A stretch of DNA of 64,000 bases, taken from contig JBEKJO010000002.1 in assembly GCA_050011195.1 (NCBI GenBank), positions 3,288 through 67,287 on the forward strand, read 5' to 3'. The notes below the pieces were generated by a model. That model did not search any database. It was not told the DNA's origin and saw only the letters and a list, made by a program, of their open reading frames with translations. Source of the DNA: Verrucomicrobiota bacterium. Its GTDB lineage: Bacteria > Verrucomicrobiota > Verrucomicrobiia > Limisphaerales > UBA8199. The translations under genes were made by a program, and so were the position numbers. Of this stretch, positions 62,437 to 64,000 are shown piece after piece. Within the stretch, counting starts at the first letter, position 1; every line of letters starts with the position of its first letter.

Positions 62437-64000
62437 ATGAGCAATAACCTTCCGGCTGCCGAACTGTCCTGGAGACGGTCGCGCTACGGGTTTGCCGGCT
62501 TTGGGTTGCTTTCGCTGCTGGGCGCCTGGTTCCTGCTGCGGCTGGTGCTGTTCCTGGCGTTCAAGCCGCCCGCGCTGCCGGCGGCGGATGTCCTGCTGGC
62601 TTTTCTCAGTGGGTTTCACCGCGACCTGTTCGCGGCGCTGGCCGAGACGGTGCCCCTGCTGTTCTGGATGCTGATCGTGCCGGACCGGCGGTTCGGGGCT
62701 ACGTGGCACCGGCTGCTGTTTCTGGGCGGCTGCCTGGTCTTCTGGTTCGTGCAGGTCTTCCTGCTCTTCGTCGAGTTCTTCTTCTTCGATGAATTCAGGT
62801 CACGCTTCAACACCGTCGCCGTCGATTACCTGCTCTACCCCAAGGAGGTCTTTATCAACATTTGGGAGTCGTATCACGTCGGCGTGGTTCTGGCGCTTTG
62901 CCTGGTCCTGAGCCTGGGCTGGCTGTTCGCGGCGAGCCGGCTTTTTGGGCAGATGTGGGAGCGGCCCTTCCCGGCCAAATCCCGGCTGCTGCATTTGGCG
63001 GCGGTTGTCGCGCTGGCCGCGTTGCTCGCCCCAACCTTCAATCTCCAGGGCGCGCACGTGAGCAGCGACCGCACCCTGAATGAAGTGGCCAACAACGGCG
63101 CGCTCTCCTTCTTCGCCGCGGCCTGGACGCACAACCTCGACTATGCGGCCTTCTACAAAACCCTGCCGGCGGATGAGGCCTATCAACGCGCGCGCCGCCT
63201 GCTGGCCGAGCGGAACACGCAATTTGTCGAGGCTGGCCAGTCCATTCGCCGGCGCGTGGCCGGCGACCCGGCCCGCCCGCGCCTCAATGTGGTCATCTTC
63301 CTCGAGGAAAGCCTCGGCTCCGAATTCTGGGGCTGCCTGGGCCGGACCAATACGCTCACGCCGGAGATGGACAAGCTGGCAGCGGAGGAAGGTCTGCTCT
63401 TCACCAACATCTATGCTTCCGGCAACCGCACTGTGCGCGGCATGGAAGGCGTGCTCTCTTCCTTCCCCCCGCTGCCCGGCGAATCCATCGTCAAGCGGGA
63501 CCGCTCGGACAACGTCGAGACCATTGCCCGCGTGTTGAAGCGCGACGGCTACGCGAGCGTATTCCTGTACGGCGGACGCGGGCTGTTCGACGGCATGCGC
63601 TCCTTCGCCGTCCGCAACGGTTACGACCGTTTCGTCGAGCAGAAACACTTCGAGCATCCCACCTTCACGACCATCTGGGGCGTTTGCGACGAGGACCTGT
63701 TTTTACGCGCGGTGGACGAGTTCCGCGAACTGGCCAGGACGGGCCAGCCGTTCTTCGGCACCGTGCTCTCCGTCTCCAATCACAAGCCTTACACCTATCC
63801 GAAGGGCAAAATCCCCGAAGACCCGGATGCCAGACAGCGCGAACATGCCGTGAAATACTCCGACTATGCCCTGGGCCGCTTTTTCGAGGCGGCGAGGAAG
63901 GAAGCCTTCTGGACGAACACCCTCTTTGCCGTCGTGGCCGACCACGGCGCGCGGGTCTATGGCGAGCAAAGCATTCCCATTCACTCGTATGAAATCCCGC
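62437..64000 (+). CDS. LTA synthase / phosphoglycerol-transferase family sulfatase-domain membrane protein (5' partial, runs off the window)
   Basis: I translated this frame by hand and it stays open from ATG 62437 to the window end. N-terminal TM helices, then NVVIFLEESLGSEF, FTNIYASGNRTVRGMEG, SVSNHKPY and YSDYALGRFF. Confidence 0.85.
   Translation, partial: MSNNLPAAELSWRRSRYGFAGFGLLSLLGAWFLLRLVLFLAFKPPALPAADVLLAFLSGFHRDLFAALAETVPLLFWMLIVPDRRFGATWHRLLFLGGCLVFWFVQVFLLFVEFFFFDEFRSRFNTVAVDYLLYPKEVFINIWESYHVGVVLALCLVLSLGWLFAASRLFGQMWERPFPAKSRLLHLAAVVALAALLAPTFNLQGAHVSSDRTLNEVANNGALSFFAAAWTHNLDYAAFYKTLPADEAYQRARRLLAERNTQFVEAGQSIRRRVAGDPARPRLNVVIFLEESLGSEFWGCLGRTNTLTPEMDKLAAEEGLLFTNIYASGNRTVRGMEGVLSSFPPLPGESIVKRDRSDNVETIARVLKRDGYASVFLYGGRGLFDGMRSFAVRNGYDRFVEQKHFEHPTFTTIWGVCDEDLFLRAVDEFRELARTGQPFFGTVLSVSNHKPYTYPKGKIPEDPDARQREHAVKYSDYALGRFFEAARKEAFWTNTLFAVVADHGARVYGEQSIPIHSYEIP

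Overview
High-GC chromosomal segment. Hand counts of sample 100-nt stretches give about 60% G+C. Gene content suggests a PVC-superphylum, Verrucomicrobiota-like bacterium: SBBP beta-propeller proteins, giant Ig/beta-helix proteins ending in RFYRA, and many glycoside-utilisation genes. That placement is inference only. I support about 46 protein-coding genes. (1) Nt 440-12806 is a housekeeping block: recA, infC, glgC, kdsA, kdsC, a fused multi-OstA/LptA protein, lptB, hprK, ptsH, gatC, a VIT-vWA protein and OsmC. (2) Nt 13590-22979 holds a PBP4-type carboxypeptidase and a divergent TonB-dependent receptor / YfiR-like / sensor kinase / hybrid kinase signalling cluster. (3) Nt 23019-33890 holds two convergent giant secreted proteins: a 1518-aa Ig plus parallel-beta-helix protein and a roughly 2080-aa thioester (CSEQ) alpha-2-macroglobulin. 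(4) Nt 34145-55181 is a carbohydrate block: an esterase, a clan GH-A hydrolase, a Gfo/Idh/MocA enzyme, ThuA, DUF1638, a GH36-like enzyme, a nucleotidyltransferase, a fucokinase-like/UDPGP fusion, two tandemly duplicated SBBP genes, DUF2961 and a URO-D-like protein. (5) Nt 55279-64000 holds an FmdB zinc ribbon, nnr, fmt, a lower-GC two-gene cassette (an SDH/Clp-fold serine protease with a zinc ribbon plus a small acidic protein), a ParE-type toxin-antitoxin pair, an O-methyltransferase and a partial LTA-synthase-family sulfatase. I saw no rRNA, tRNA, CRISPR array, transposase or integrase. Two things stand out. First, several families of short-period (7, 8 and 9 nt) degenerate tandem repeats, often arranged as inverted arms, lie in intergenic spacers and also in-frame inside large CDSs. 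Second, the lower-GC protease cassette next to the TA pair is my best candidate for an uncharacterised accessory or defence-like module. All product calls rest on motif recognition by eye, and no database search was possible.
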